Below are positions 11,816 to 24,992 of a stretch of 64,000 bases of DNA, piece after piece. The notes beneath the pieces are model-generated. The model worked only from the letters and a program-made list of their open reading frames with translations, ran no database searches and was not told where the DNA came from. The first letter of the stretch is position 1. The number at the start of each line of letters is the position of its first letter. The stretch lies in NCBI GenBank assembly GCA_965285935.1, contig OZ260665.1, forward strand, positions 49,724,001 through 49,788,000, read 5' to 3'. Both the position numbers and the translations under genes were made by a program. This DNA comes from Ophelia neglecta (Eukaryota).

Positions 11816-14207
11816 TAGTTCTTCTTGGCACTGCAGGACCGATAGCAGCAGCACTCCTCACAGATAGCTAATCACATGCTGATCATGTATGTATCACCTG
11901 GTAGGCTACAGCGTGGTAGTAATTTATACACATCATATATAGATCTAGTACTAGAGCTGACCCTGGTTCTGCAGCTATAAGGCTGATGAATTTAGTTTAT
12001 ATAGCAGAATATTTTGTTTAAAATGGCAAATATTTCTTTTAATTATAAATATATATATGTCTTGATTTAATGCCACTGTAATTCACTTTTTCTTGTATAC
12101 TTGGCATAGCAAATATCTTGTAACAGGTTTTTATTAGGACGATATAACCTGATACAATATACCAGATATGAGCAAATTAAAGTTATTAGATAGGAGTTCT
12201 TTAAAAAATTTCTATTTAAGTTAGCTTTCAAGTAAGGGTAAGGATTATGGGTGGAATGTTTCAGTAAGGTTGTTAGCAATAAGTTTAGTAGTCTAAGAAA
12301 GGTATGCGATTAATGCTTTTTAATCAGGCAATGTTGAATCATTTGGTATTCCTCTCAACTTTTGATGTCATTTAACGTCGTTAACACTGAAAGGGTTCAT
12401 TGTTTATATATTCCATTATATGAATTTAGCCATTTCATCGCAGATTGGAAAATTCCAAGTCTTGAAAACAGAAAACCGCTTTTATTTATCAGCTTCCCTG
12501 TTGTCACGATCAGGAATTTAATACACATTAATGAGACAATAATATATATTTCATTGTTATTGATGGGACGCTGTAGACATGGCTTTCCATATTTCTGCAT
12601 AAGTTCCACAATCCAAAGCACACAGCCAATGAGCTACCGGCAATAGGTCATGATATGGGAAAGCTGATAGTATTTGAAAGCTCCCTATAGATACCGGCTT
12701 TCCCCTTCTAGCGCTAAAGACTAGCAAAGTCAGTTCGGTATGCAATGAAGACGTTTTAAAGAGACTTCCGCGGAAGGATCATTTATCATAAAACTCTCTG
12801 CGAGCATGATATACCAGTACCCATGAATGAGAAAAGAAATAACTTTTTTTGAAAAATATTAAAAACAGTGAAAACAAGCTACTTTTGGAAGAAAAAACCC
12901 AAATATGGTTTCAGTTGTTAAGAAAAAAGATACAAGGGGTACACTGGGAAATAATATTGACACCAGGTTCATACCAATACATATAGCTTAATATTTCTTA
13001 AAGCCTTCCCTTGTGGGGCTCTGAAATGCATTTCGACAAACTTAAGCCGAGGCCGCGGCCAAATTTTTTTGATAACTTGATTTACGCGTTCTCTACATCA
13101 AGAATTCACCAGACTGGTAAAACTTCTTTGAACAAAACTGCTTTTATTTTAAGTTGGTTCACAGAGTTCTCGAGCAACTTGATCCACCGGACAGGGAGAT
13201 AAAATGATAATTGAGAGTTGTTTGAAAACATTGTTGAATACATTGCCATAGTATTACCGTTTTTAAAATGATTATTGTATAACTACGGCATAACATAAAA
13301 TTCTAGGTAATTATAAGTACCCCTAAAAACCGCGGAACTTGTAGGCTTAAAGCATTATAAGTTAACACATTTATATGTTAACCTACGGCAGTGCAAACAT
13401 ACAAGATAGAGAAAACCGACCCACGTTTGACTGGCGGTTGGATGCATTATTCGTACGCTTCATACATGTGGAGTGTGTACTGTTGATTTTAATGTACATG
13501 TATGTGTATTAAGTAAATATACGTTGTAACTATCATTTATCAACTTGAAGGTGAAACACGGTAAAGTCCAGCTGATTTTACTCGTACACCTCTTTGTGAC
13601 CGGTTGCACTTTATGCCTGTGCTGTGGTGATACCAGAACCCCAGTTTGTGTCACACTATAGCCTAGTGATCTGGATAATTGTTTTTAAAGCTATGTATGT
13701 ATATACCCAAGTTTAACATAAATATAATTTCAAAGAGTTCTCATATGTTATTATTTCAGTTGTGCTCACATGCAGTACATTTATACATGAATGCCAATCT
13801 AATTCGGATAATTTTCTTATCTTACTATCGAACATATCAAAATGAAATAATTATTATAACATCGTAAGTTTTGTACACGAACAATAAAATACACAAACCG
13901 ACAATTACACTGAGTCGTCATATAATACCATTAAATTTAATTGAATGCGGTTAATATATTTTCTAAAGTGCCTTATATACCTAACTATGTACTTTGTTAA
14001 TTGTATCTTCAGTTTACACTGTTGACACAACAACTCTGATTTAGTACCCTATTGTAATTGGCCCTGTTAGATCACATGCCTTGGTAGAACACCATCCAAA
14101 AAACTTCGTATTTCTTAAACCTTAAACACCAAGTGCCTTTATAGCACATTGTGATCTCAATCAAGAGCTAAGAAAGAACGGACAGAACGCTACTACCAGA
14201 CTCAAAC

Positions 14208-16658
14208 ATGATTTCAGGTTGGTCTACGGGTAAATTATTCAATGTATTTGATCATATTAGCATGTATAATTTCATAGGTTTAAAGTTATGCCAATGACTA
14301 TAAGCCTATAGCCCAATTGTGATCAAATGTTCAACGATATAATCACTCCCTTAAAGTAATGAATAAGCTCCGCTTTCATCGATGTACAGCGGACGAATTG
14401 TACTGATTTTAAAAGGATTACACAGGAAACCCACGAAATTGAATTGTGGTGAAAACCTTAATTTGCTAATGAAGTCCCGAATTTTAAAGGTTAATATGCA
14501 GCAGTTTAAATGAAAACTAACACATTCTTTTCAAACAATCATCCGCTTGTCATGTTATTTATCCCCATCAGAATTCCACTTCTCTGATGACTTTGAGGTG
14601 AACGACGAAGTGAATAAAGCGTTCGATGAAAATGGCTTTGTCATTATCAGGTTTTATGTCACATATTATTGTTTTTTTTTATATAACATGCGTGCAATTT
14701 TTCAACATTCTGTGGTCAGTGTCACATGATGCAGAAGACTATGACAAGTATGCTTTACTATAAAGGGTATCGTTTTTACTTTAAATTACATTTTGACTGT
14801 GTAGAAACCTGCTGGATTCCGCCGACATTTTCACGCTGAAGAATGCCTTAGAACACAAGGATGGAGTGATGTCAAAGGTTCACTTAATCGATGACGCCAA
14901 GGGGCGAAAAGTGACGTCATCTCATTGGTGTAATCCTGGACACGATGTTACAGGAATGGTGGCTAGGTGCGAGAAAGTGGGTGGCACGTTTGAAAAGGTA
15001 ACTTTGCATTTAAAGCGAACTTTATGGAATTCACTTGCATGACTGCTGGAATTAGCCTTGTGACTACGCCGTAGGCGAAATATGAAAATGATACATTGGA
15101 AAATCTTGGGCTAACTATGCATAATAATCGAAATAATTCCCTAAGAAGATTTTGTGATATTCTTTAGTTGATATGCCCTGAACGCCTTACTTTTAGTTAA
15201 GCACGATCAAAAAAGACAAATTATCATTAGGATCTATTATGAGTTAAAAATGAAGTTTGTCTGTCCTATAATATTATCAGCTGCTTGGTGGAGAATTGTA
15301 CCAATATCATGCAAAAGTGATCATGAAAGAGCCGAGAACTGGCGGGTCCCATCACTGGCATCAGGATTATGGCTACTGGTATCACAACACCTGTGTCTAC
15401 CCCAACATGGGCACCGTCTGGATCGCGGTCGACAAGGCGACCAGGGAAAATGGATGTCTTCAGGTGACTAACATATTTTCCCGCCAGTGAGTACATTAAG
15501 AACAGTGTTCCAGTGCACAATATAAAAATTATTCTGTTGTAGTTCAAAAACTTCTTCCATACCTTCTAATTTCAAAAATATGCATGAGGTATTTCTTTGC
15601 AAAAGAATAAGTATACACCTTGACACCAGAATGCCAAATGTTACAGAACAAACAATAATGGATTAATACCATTTCACGTGTCGTTCAGTTGTTGGCTGGT
15701 TCTCAGAAGTTTGGTCGCATTGATCATCTGCGTATAGATGGCCAGAGCATCCAGCAGCAGACGGTGGTGGAGCCGGAGAGACTGGAAATGGTCAAACCTC
15801 TGTGTCAGCACGTGTACGTCGAATGTCAACCGGGAGACGCCGTCTTCTTCCACTGTAATGTCCTTCACAGCAGCTCTCCCAACACCAGTGACCAAAGGAG
15901 ACTGGCATTCCTAGTCGCCTATAACAGAGCCGATAATAACCCTATAAGAGAGCACCATTGGGCTTCGTATATTCCTCTCAATAAGGTTTGCTTCTTCTAA
16001 ACCGTTTGATCGTCATAAATGCCCATTTATATTCATTTAAAAATCTGATTATTTGTTTCTTATTCTGAGACTTTTCTGAGCCAGAGTAAAATAATAAAGT
16101 AACAACTCAAAGACTTAGCGACCACCCCATTGTTTCAGAGCGACAATAGCTATCTGGGGATAGATCCCTGCCGCCCTCATATACCACACACTGCTGTTAG
16201 GTCTCATTAAGAAAAGTTGCCAATAAATATCATCCCCATGTTCTTCTCATTGTACACCTTTTGCGAATATATCCACAAAAAGATGTGTATTACAATGGCA
16301 ACACTGAACAAACACGGATGATTCCCCAAACTTTCAGCGCCAACATTACCTAACACCATACCATTGTTGCTTCAAAGTTTCAAACAAAACATATCACAAC
16401 AGATATGCGTTGTGTTCAATATATAATCAACATATCTACTTTCACTAAAATACAACTATAAACCAACTTATCTGTTTTACTTACAATGTATTTTTGTGTT
16501 ATTCCATTAAGGTCCCAAGCAGTGCCATCAAAGAATGCACGAATATCAGCGACCTGTCAGGAAAAGGCTTTATGAACTCCGACAAGACTTATTTCACTCA
16601 AAGAGTAATGGAGAAGCGAGGACTAGTCGTTAAAGCTGACAAATTAGAAATGTCATGA
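14208..16658 (+). CDS. PhyH-family Fe(II)/2-oxoglutarate dioxygenase, copy 1 (ectoine hydroxylase / proline trans-4-hydroxylase-like), 302 aa, 6 coding exons
   Basis: Exons 14208-14217, 14572-14650, 14805-14997, 15281-15463, 15689-15985, 16512-16658 join in frame at GT-AG sites. Motifs: [20 protein letters not shown] (HxD), [34 protein letters not shown] (distal His), RR (2OG-binding Arg). The 10-nt first exon is inferred from phase and from parity with copy 3. Confidence 0.9.
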
Positions 16659-18631
16659 AATCGTCCCTAAAGCTGAGTTATCATATATACCAACACGAAA
16701 ACATAGCCTACATATTAAGGTGAAATGTTTCATGTAAATAGCTGACAAGAAAAAAGGTCGATTGGTGTACAATTTTGGACCAAGTACTAATAATTTAGCT
16801 CAAGTTTAAAAGAAGGTCTAATCCTCCATGTGAGAAAATCTTCTATACGTAATTCATCAGATACTCGACAAAAGCGATTTCTGCAAGAATTGTGTTTGCA
16901 AGTTTATCCTCTTTTAATTAAACACTAGCTCAATGTCGGAACCGTTGTCCAATGTGAGTGACCTATTTGTTATGAGTAATATAGTTTGTGCTTGAATACC
17001 CCCCTTGTTGTTGTTTTGGAGGATTGTGAATGTCCGCAGTGGTTTTTATCTTGCCTTTATCAGTTCACCCTTTGCCGTTGAGGTTGATGTCGTTTGCACA
17101 AGCATGCGATAGGATTCCATGCATGTACCTAACTGAAATGGTGTTTCTTAATCTATATATATCTAACTCTAAGCAATAATGGAGTTCCAATTTTGGACTT
17201 TTTTTAACGCAAGAAAGGGTTTATAAATCTGTCTGTCTCTTACTCTTGGTTTTAATCATGTCCTCAAAATTTTTTTATGGATATTTTCATGTAGATTGCC
17301 TCTGATTTTCTGTATTTAACAGACATTATTTTATCTGTATGTTTTTACACATTAAAAGTCTTTCAATAAATTATTTTACACCTTTATGATATTAAATATG
17401 GCAGTACCAGGTTACTGAAGCCAGAGTGTATTTTAGTATGCATTTAGTTAGCTTAGGTACACTCAGGTACATTAGTCAAATATATAATATATAACTACAT
17501 AAGTATATACAACGTTGTTATTCCATATTATTTTGCAACCTCTTATACAAAGCATTTCAGCATTTATCATGACCTGGTTATTAAAGTAATAGGTCAATGG
17601 TAACATTCGACAGACACACTGGTACAGTAGCTACTGATATATTAGCGTGACAGGTAAAATCAATCAATAGAGGGTCATTAACTTCCTGATATCATGTTCT
17701 GGGATGCAATCATGCTTAAGCACATATAGGCCTACGCATGTTATAATGGAAATGTTCATTAAATCGGCGGGTTGGGTTGCGGACGGGGTGGGAAATTTGG
17801 GAAGGCATTTGGGAAAGTGTAGGCTGAATCCATCTGAACCATGTAGGGGGCGCCAAAAATTAAGGGCGAGGACGATCAGCCTTAGTGCGTTTATCATATT
17901 GATAAAGTTGGAGCATCAATTACTAAACATGTAGTACTGCTGGACTTCGTATTATTATTACAGTCTTTTGAAGCATTTTTCTGCCTGCGATTGAAGCTAA
18001 CCTATATCACAAGTACCAAGGCCTGTTTCTCTAGGGTGGGCTGTGGCTGGGAGGATATTGTAGGATTCGTGATTTAAGAATAGTTTGCGATTTCGGACAA
18101 AAGGGTTTATTCGAATTCTTACCCTATGTAGAAATGTTAAGTGTCATCATGTGGAGAAATGTTAACTGTTAACGCTTCAGATATTTACAATACTTGGATC
18201 AGTGCGAAACTGTTTACGACTATATAATATGTTATGAATGTAAACAATGGCATATTTATTTGGCTTTGATGTACCCGCATTAACGGAAAACAATGTCGTT
18301 TGGTCATAAAAAATCATTTGAAATAATACTAAAATTTCTAAAATATACAGTTCCTTTTCTTCATTTTCTAAGCAGGCCGTAGCATTAATGTTTTAAAATA
18401 ATTAATATTGTGCGAAATCAGACCAGTAGCTTAAATTGTACTCACATTGATAACCCCAAATCCCCCTTTATACCATATACTACAGATCCCCAAGTGATAT
18501 TCGATTTAGAACGCTTGAATATCTGTGTCAGCTGTGAAATAAGGTCAGGTGGGCTACGTGCAATCTAGAACTAAATCTAGGCCTGCCTCTCTCCTCGACA
18601 AAAGTAATTGAATTAGATCACAAAAACAATC

Positions 18632-21600
18632 ATGGCTGACGAGACACCAGTCAAGAGACCAGAGAAGGTCAACTCAGGCAAGTCTTTGGGTCTTATTGGT
18701 TCGTGGCAATCACAGCAATTATTATGATACATATAATATATTTCATGAGTTTAAAAATTCCATTGAACTGCTATTAACACGCACTCAATAGATGCTTGAT
18801 GGACATAGTTTAATATGAAACCATATAAAGTATCTGCCTCACTGGGCAATATATATGCATTAGATACTTATAACCTACTCTGCGAATTTATAAATGTCCA
18901 AGACGCAAATAAAGGAAACACGGGTAAGCAAGTACAAATATGAATAAATCAAAGAAATGATTGCATCTAGACCATATTCACGTGAAAAAGCACAGGTTAA
19001 ACCTAGTTAAAGCAGTGGTTGGAAAGCCAGAAAGAATACAGAAGTGCTAAAATTTAGTCATTTATGACTAGGAAAAAGGGACAAACACAGATATGAAAAC
19101 GTGATAATAGGATCTTATATTGTGCATGGGCAACTAATAGCTGTAGCTACAAATATGCAGCTCATTATGGGCGATACGCTGACGGCCAAGAGAATAAATG
19201 AGCTTTGACCCCATTCACGTAGTGTACTTTTTTCTGCCCATTTCTGTTGCAGTCTTGTTGCTAAATAATAGCATGCCATCAAGAATAGTTTGTTTGGTAA
19301 AAGCCGTGAAACGGTGTGGTGAACGAGCGTAATAAATTGTGCATGCATAAGCATTTTAACAAGGGCCTGTCTGATAAGAGGTACTTTGTTGCATAAGCTA
19401 TGTCCTTTCACCGTCATTGTATATGTCACGTTAGAATACCGATTTTTAAACAAGATATAGTGAAACATAAACTTTGGTCGCATTCTTGTTTTTTGCAGAC
19501 TTTGCTTTCGAAGAAAAGATAGGATTGGGCTTAAAAGAAAAAGCGGCCTATGAAGAAAACGGATATGTCGCTTTGCGGTAATATGTGCTAAATATCCTAG
19601 GCCGCGCTAGTGATATATTATGAACTGAAGATTAATCAATATTTCAATTCTATGTGCAAACTAGCTAGTGAACTTATATTTCTGATTAGCGGTTTATTGT
19701 CGAGTGAGGAAGTAAGTAAACTGAAGGCTGCTTTGGAACACCAAGACGGAGTAATGTCCAATATGTATCACACGCAAGACGCTGAACAGCGCAAGCTGAA
19801 CACTTCCCATTGGTCACAGCCAGGAAATGACGTCACAGGCGTTGTAGCGCGATCGGAAAAGATAGTTCAGGCGATGGAAACAGTGAGATGATCCAGTGTT
19901 CTGAAATTCTAATATAATCGTTAAACCACTTTCATCTGCTATCATTCTATCTATCCATAGAAAATATAAACACACCTTGTCGCCCCACCAAAAATGATAA
20001 CTTTATGACATGAATACTGCGGATAATATCTTGTAGCCGCACATGGGGCACTTTAATAATTCTTAGCCGCATATGGCCAAAGGCGTTGGCTTCAATTTTA
20101 AGAATCCTTCATGATTCTGGCACCCCTACCCGACAGGACTGAGATTCCCACTTGTAGATTTTTAGCAGATCATAGCATCTGAGGCCCGCTAGTTGTACAT
20201 ATAGCTGACTGCATAAAGCGCAGGAAGTTTAAACACTGTTCAGTTGGGTTGGTCCGAAGGCCGGGGAAGCAATTGTAAGTTGTTGGTAGCAGCTTTAATT
20301 GTTTTTAAATGAGGCGTTAGATAATAGAATTCTTAACGGCTGACTTGAAATTTTCCAATTGTACCGGCTCATTTCAAGAACAATTATCTAAACGACATGT
20401 TTAAGGTCTTAATGGATTTTTGATACAGACAGGGGAAAACATTCGTATTATGAATATAAGCTGTATATAAAAAAAATATTTTGCATTCCTTTATTTTACA
20501 AAGGGGTCGGGACACTGGTATTTTATATGGCAGTGTTTTAAACCTTCCGGGAAAGCGAAAAAACAGTAATAAACTGCTCAAAACGTGTCCCGAGGTAATG
20601 GTTTCTACTGTTACTATAATGCTTATGAAGCCGTATTATTCCGTATTTTGTTTTTAACGTGATCTCTTCCTATCAATTTCAAGTTGCTTGGAGGCGATGT
20701 ATATCATTATTATGCAAAAATCATTTGCAAGATGCCTAAAACAGGAGGCTCCCTTCACTGGCATCAGGACTACGGGTAAGTTAGCGTGGTGCTACAGGGG
20801 TTGGAAAAAACCCATGTTACAACATAAGACGGAGGAGTGGGGGTACTGGCGTGATTCACAAAGTAAACACCCAACAGTAACGCTGTGCTGCGATCTCACA
20901 TTAGAATAACCCTACCCTAGACCACGTGATCGGCCCCTTCCTGTGCCAGGACAAGCTCAGTGGCGCCAGACAGCACAGCGCTAAACGTTGATAACTACGA
21001 GATGAACGAATGTAGGCTTGTCGCTTTTTTTCTAAATTACTTACCAACAGGTTATATTGTACCGTTTTGAACAGGTATTGGTATCACAACGGCATGATGT
21101 TCCCTGATGTGGGTACTCTTTGGATAGCAATAGACAAGTCCACAAAAGAGAATGGGTGCATTCAAGTAAGGCCACCATTCAATTATTTTACATAAAAAAA
21201 ACTGCAGACGTTCACGTACATCAACTGTATACTATGATAATGTTAAAAAGGCACCAATCCGAGACAAGATAAGGACATGCCACTTTTGACTCGATGATGT
21301 GTTTTCTTTTTAGTTATTGAGTGGCTCTCACAAGATGGGTCGTATAGACCATAGGCGAGTTGAGAGCAAGGGAACATCTTCCTCTGGAGCACAAGACCAA
21401 ACAGTAGCTGATCCTGCGAGAGTTCAACTGGCCAAAAAATACTTCACAATGGTCTATGGCGAGGTCAATAAAAAGCCAAACTCATGCATGGGAGTCTTTT
21501 TCATTAGTACCTGATGGGTATGTGCCACAGTGGCACAAAAACCATACTCACGCATTTAACGAAGCTTATATAACTCCAAACTAAAAGTTTATTATCTTAT

Positions 21601-22421
21601 CTACACTAAAACTTATTGAAGAAAAGGCCTTTACCACACACAACTTATAAATAATGTAAGAGCTACCACCCATGCAACTAGGCATTATGTTTACGGTTGA
21701 AGCGCTGGAATAATAGACCATTTAACTTAAACATTGGTTTGAGTAAACATCGGTAGCAAAATAATCTGCACTATCATTTCTTTTGTAAACTGACACTAAC
21801 CCATTGGGTGCTTATGGGAAACCCCACTAATATAAGTGGCAGGTACCCATCTGTTCCTAGCTGGAAGCAATCCTTTTGGGAAGCACACCCGAAATCCTCA
21901 ATCACTAAGTACTATGTTTAATGTGACTTTACATTTAATTTCAACCTATTATATTTGACTCAATTCGTATCGACTTCTGTGTGCCTACATGTTTGTTCTG
22001 ATCGAGCAGGCGGACCCTGGGGATGCGTTCTTCTTCAATAGTAACGTGTTACACAGGAGCGACCCAAACGAGAGTTCAGCGAGGAGAATGGCCTATCTGA
22101 TTATCTACAATCGGTCTGACAACGACCCCGAATATAAACATCAATGGTCAAACTACACCCCAATTCTATTGGTATATATTCCTTCATTTGTCGAAAAAAA
22201 ATGGTAACTTATCTAATATCGACTTATTAATATTGGCTCTTAACTCCTGAACCTGGCTTTTGTCATTCCAGGTGCCGAACTCGGATATTTTGGCATGCCA
22301 AAATATCAATAACCTAGAAGGGAAAGACTTCATGGACTTAAAAAAAGAATACAGAACAAGCACAGCCCAGAAGGCGGTAAAGCCGGATGTAAAGACTGAA
22401 GAAATAATCAAAAATGAGTAG
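18632..22421 (+). CDS. PhyH-family Fe(II)/2OG dioxygenase, copy 2, 320 aa, 8 coding exons
   Basis: Exons 18632-18677 (GC donor), 19499-19577, 19690-19882, 20684-20775, 21075-21165, 21314-21463, 22010-22171, 22272-22421; open frame with WHQDYGYWY ... NSNVLHRSDPN ... RRMAY. Confidence 0.9.
20872..20990. mobile_element. Small inverted-repeat element (MITE-like) in intron 4 of dioxygenase copy 2
   Basis: caacagtaacgctgtgctg ... cagcacagcgctaaacgttg imperfect terminal inverted repeats around an aaccctaccctag core. Confidence 0.4.
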
Positions 22422-23312
22422 AGACTCATAGGAAACCAATGAAATAACACTCTGGACTGATATATTACGATAATAAGATTAGCTCACGTGCTAACTACAC
22501 ATATATGATAAACATGTAAATTACACGTATAGCCTCCGATCATAATTAGGTTGGCATTGATTTCTCAATAGAATATAATATGGAGCAAATTCTTTTTATA
22601 TGGTTCCGTTCAAATAATCTGATTGGGTCCGAAGCCTGCAAAATGAAATAGTTGATTGATTGTTTATCATCTAGGCCTATAATATATCTTTCCCTAACTT
22701 TTGCCCAGATACCTGTATTATTAAATACGTATATGAAAAGTATATCTAACAAATTTACATGATTATATTGATGTCCGAATTACCGCATAGCGATCTTGCA
22801 ATTATAGATATTACACAAATTCAAAAAGCAAAAAAAAAACAAAAAAAAACACAGGCCTCCCTTTATTTGTCCTACCACAGGCTTGTTTGGCTAGACACCA
22901 GTGACAAAGCAATAAATAAATTCTACTATGGTCAATAATACAGAATACTTAACTGCTCTAACTGTAACGACGGCCTATGGACTAAACTAAACCGTTAAGC
23001 AAAAAGGAAAAGAAAGAAAAAAGAAGAATGTTATACTATTCCAATAAAAGAAATACTCCTCCTTGCTTCGTTACATTTGTCAAGAACTTTAAAAGTGCAT
23101 CCTAACGATTTTTTCCCTTTCTACTTCCGATTCAGCTATAATATAAAAACATAAATATTATTAAGGCAATATCGGTATTTATTCTGTGACACGTGGACAG
23201 GGTAGACCAATCACACTATCCCCTCATTGTTACATAGGATGACGCATTGTATTCATTAATTTCACTTCGTCACGACCTTATCTAATATAATTGAGCTGGG
23301 AAACGACGTTTA

Positions 23313-23482
23313 CAGTAAAACCTGGCCTAAAGGACACCGGACAAGTAGGGACTCATTAAGGACATTGTTTTTACCACAGTTGAAATAATTTACATTTGAA
23401 ATAACCTGTGAAATAAGGACAACTGAGAAAAGAGGACAGATTTCCCAGTCCCTAGGCTGTCCCTAATTGTCAGGTTTCACTG
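23313..23482. mobile_element. Complete pogo/Tc1-mariner-type MITE (170 bp)
   Basis: TA|CAGTAAAACCTG ... CAGGTTTCACTG|TA: terminal inverted repeats plus TA target-site duplication; second copy at 11652-11815. Confidence 0.85.
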
Positions 23483-24992
23483 TACGTCTTTTGATTAGGC
23501 TGCCAAGTATATATTCCAGCTTTTCACCTATTTTCGAGACTTTCACAGTTTCTTACCGCTGTAACAATATATCTGGGAATATATAATGTTGTCCATTTTT
23601 TCTTTTTTGCTTTGTTCGAACAGTACAAGCGTTTATGCCCTCAGCAAGTTTTCTTCATCTTCAATATTGACAACTTCTTCACGGCCATTCTCACTTCTAG
23701 GAGTATTAATAATTTCACAGTTTGTACAGTGATAATCACCTTAACCGTCTGATGTGACTTGCATTCTTGGGTATTTGATTTTTCCTTTCCAAACATTGTT
23801 AGCATATTAAATCTTTTTTTTTTAGCGCTAAACGTTTGTTAGTAAAATATAAAGGGCAAATATTGCCACTTTTTCTATGGAAAATGAGATTCAGTTTTAT
23901 GAATGTTATTAACACTCTCTCATATGGCATACATTTCTATGTGTTTAATATCTCATTAGTAATTATTTACACAATGCACAAAGGATATATATGGCATATT
24001 GAAGTACTGTATAATTGAAGTGTGATAAAAATAGACACTCCAGTGCCTGTATGTTCCGGTTTATACAGTCGTTCATATACATATCAAGGGTCTCGAGCGA
24101 ATATATATATATCTACAGGGCCTTGGAATTGAGCTTGAATGCAGCATGCTAGAAAATTGAGGCCTTAAAGTTCAAAGTACTTGCTAATATACAAGTTTCT
24201 GTGTAATTGTTTTGCAATTAACATGTTCGAAAAAGATTTATCGTAGAAAGCATCCATATCCTATCCATAAAGACTCCCAAGTGCAATGCTCCTGCACATA
24301 AAGCGTACTGAAGTTGGGTGTTAGGTTGCAGGTAAGTTATATGAAGGTACTAGTTTTGCAGTCAATAATAGTAGGTTTTGCCTCAGTAAACTGGATTGAA
24401 GCTGATTGCGGATAGAGATAATTTGGGAGGTTATCTCAGGATAAAGGAGGTAATCAACAGGGGTTCAGATGGTTATCTCAGCAGATATTTAACACCAAAA
24501 AACTTTAGTTGAAAAACGTGGCCTACATTATGTGTACTTTTGGAAATGCCTTGTAGGTAAATTTCAAGTCATCCATAATGCTAGACCTAATTTCCTTTCA
24601 CCGACAAAGTTATGCTACAGTGCACTACATTAAGCAATAGGGAAGTAGCGTAGGTTACTGTTAAAATAATTCGTTGAAATATGATCTATATGCTCATTTA
24701 AACTTTTGATTGGCGAAGTGTAGCATATGTGTAGCATATAAGTTAGTTGTGTTGTGGTGTTGCAGTTCATAATCATTATGGTTACCCATAAAGTCTAGTT
24801 AACTCCTTCCCTGTATACCAACATATGTAAAGTAAGTGATCCCTGTCAATAGTCTTTGTAAGTGGGGATCAAAAACAAGTACTTTTCAGGGCAACTGTAA
24901 TTTACTACAACCAGTGAAAGTCTAAAAACCGCGATTTCACTTGTGAGTACTTCAGTGTGGACGACGATAGACAGATACAGGGCACTGGGAGA

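Noticed and set aside
12770-12783. 18S rRNA 3'-end match GCGGAAGGATCATT
   Set aside because: Only 14 nt with no flanking rDNA similarity; overlaps a simple palindrome cttccgcggaag
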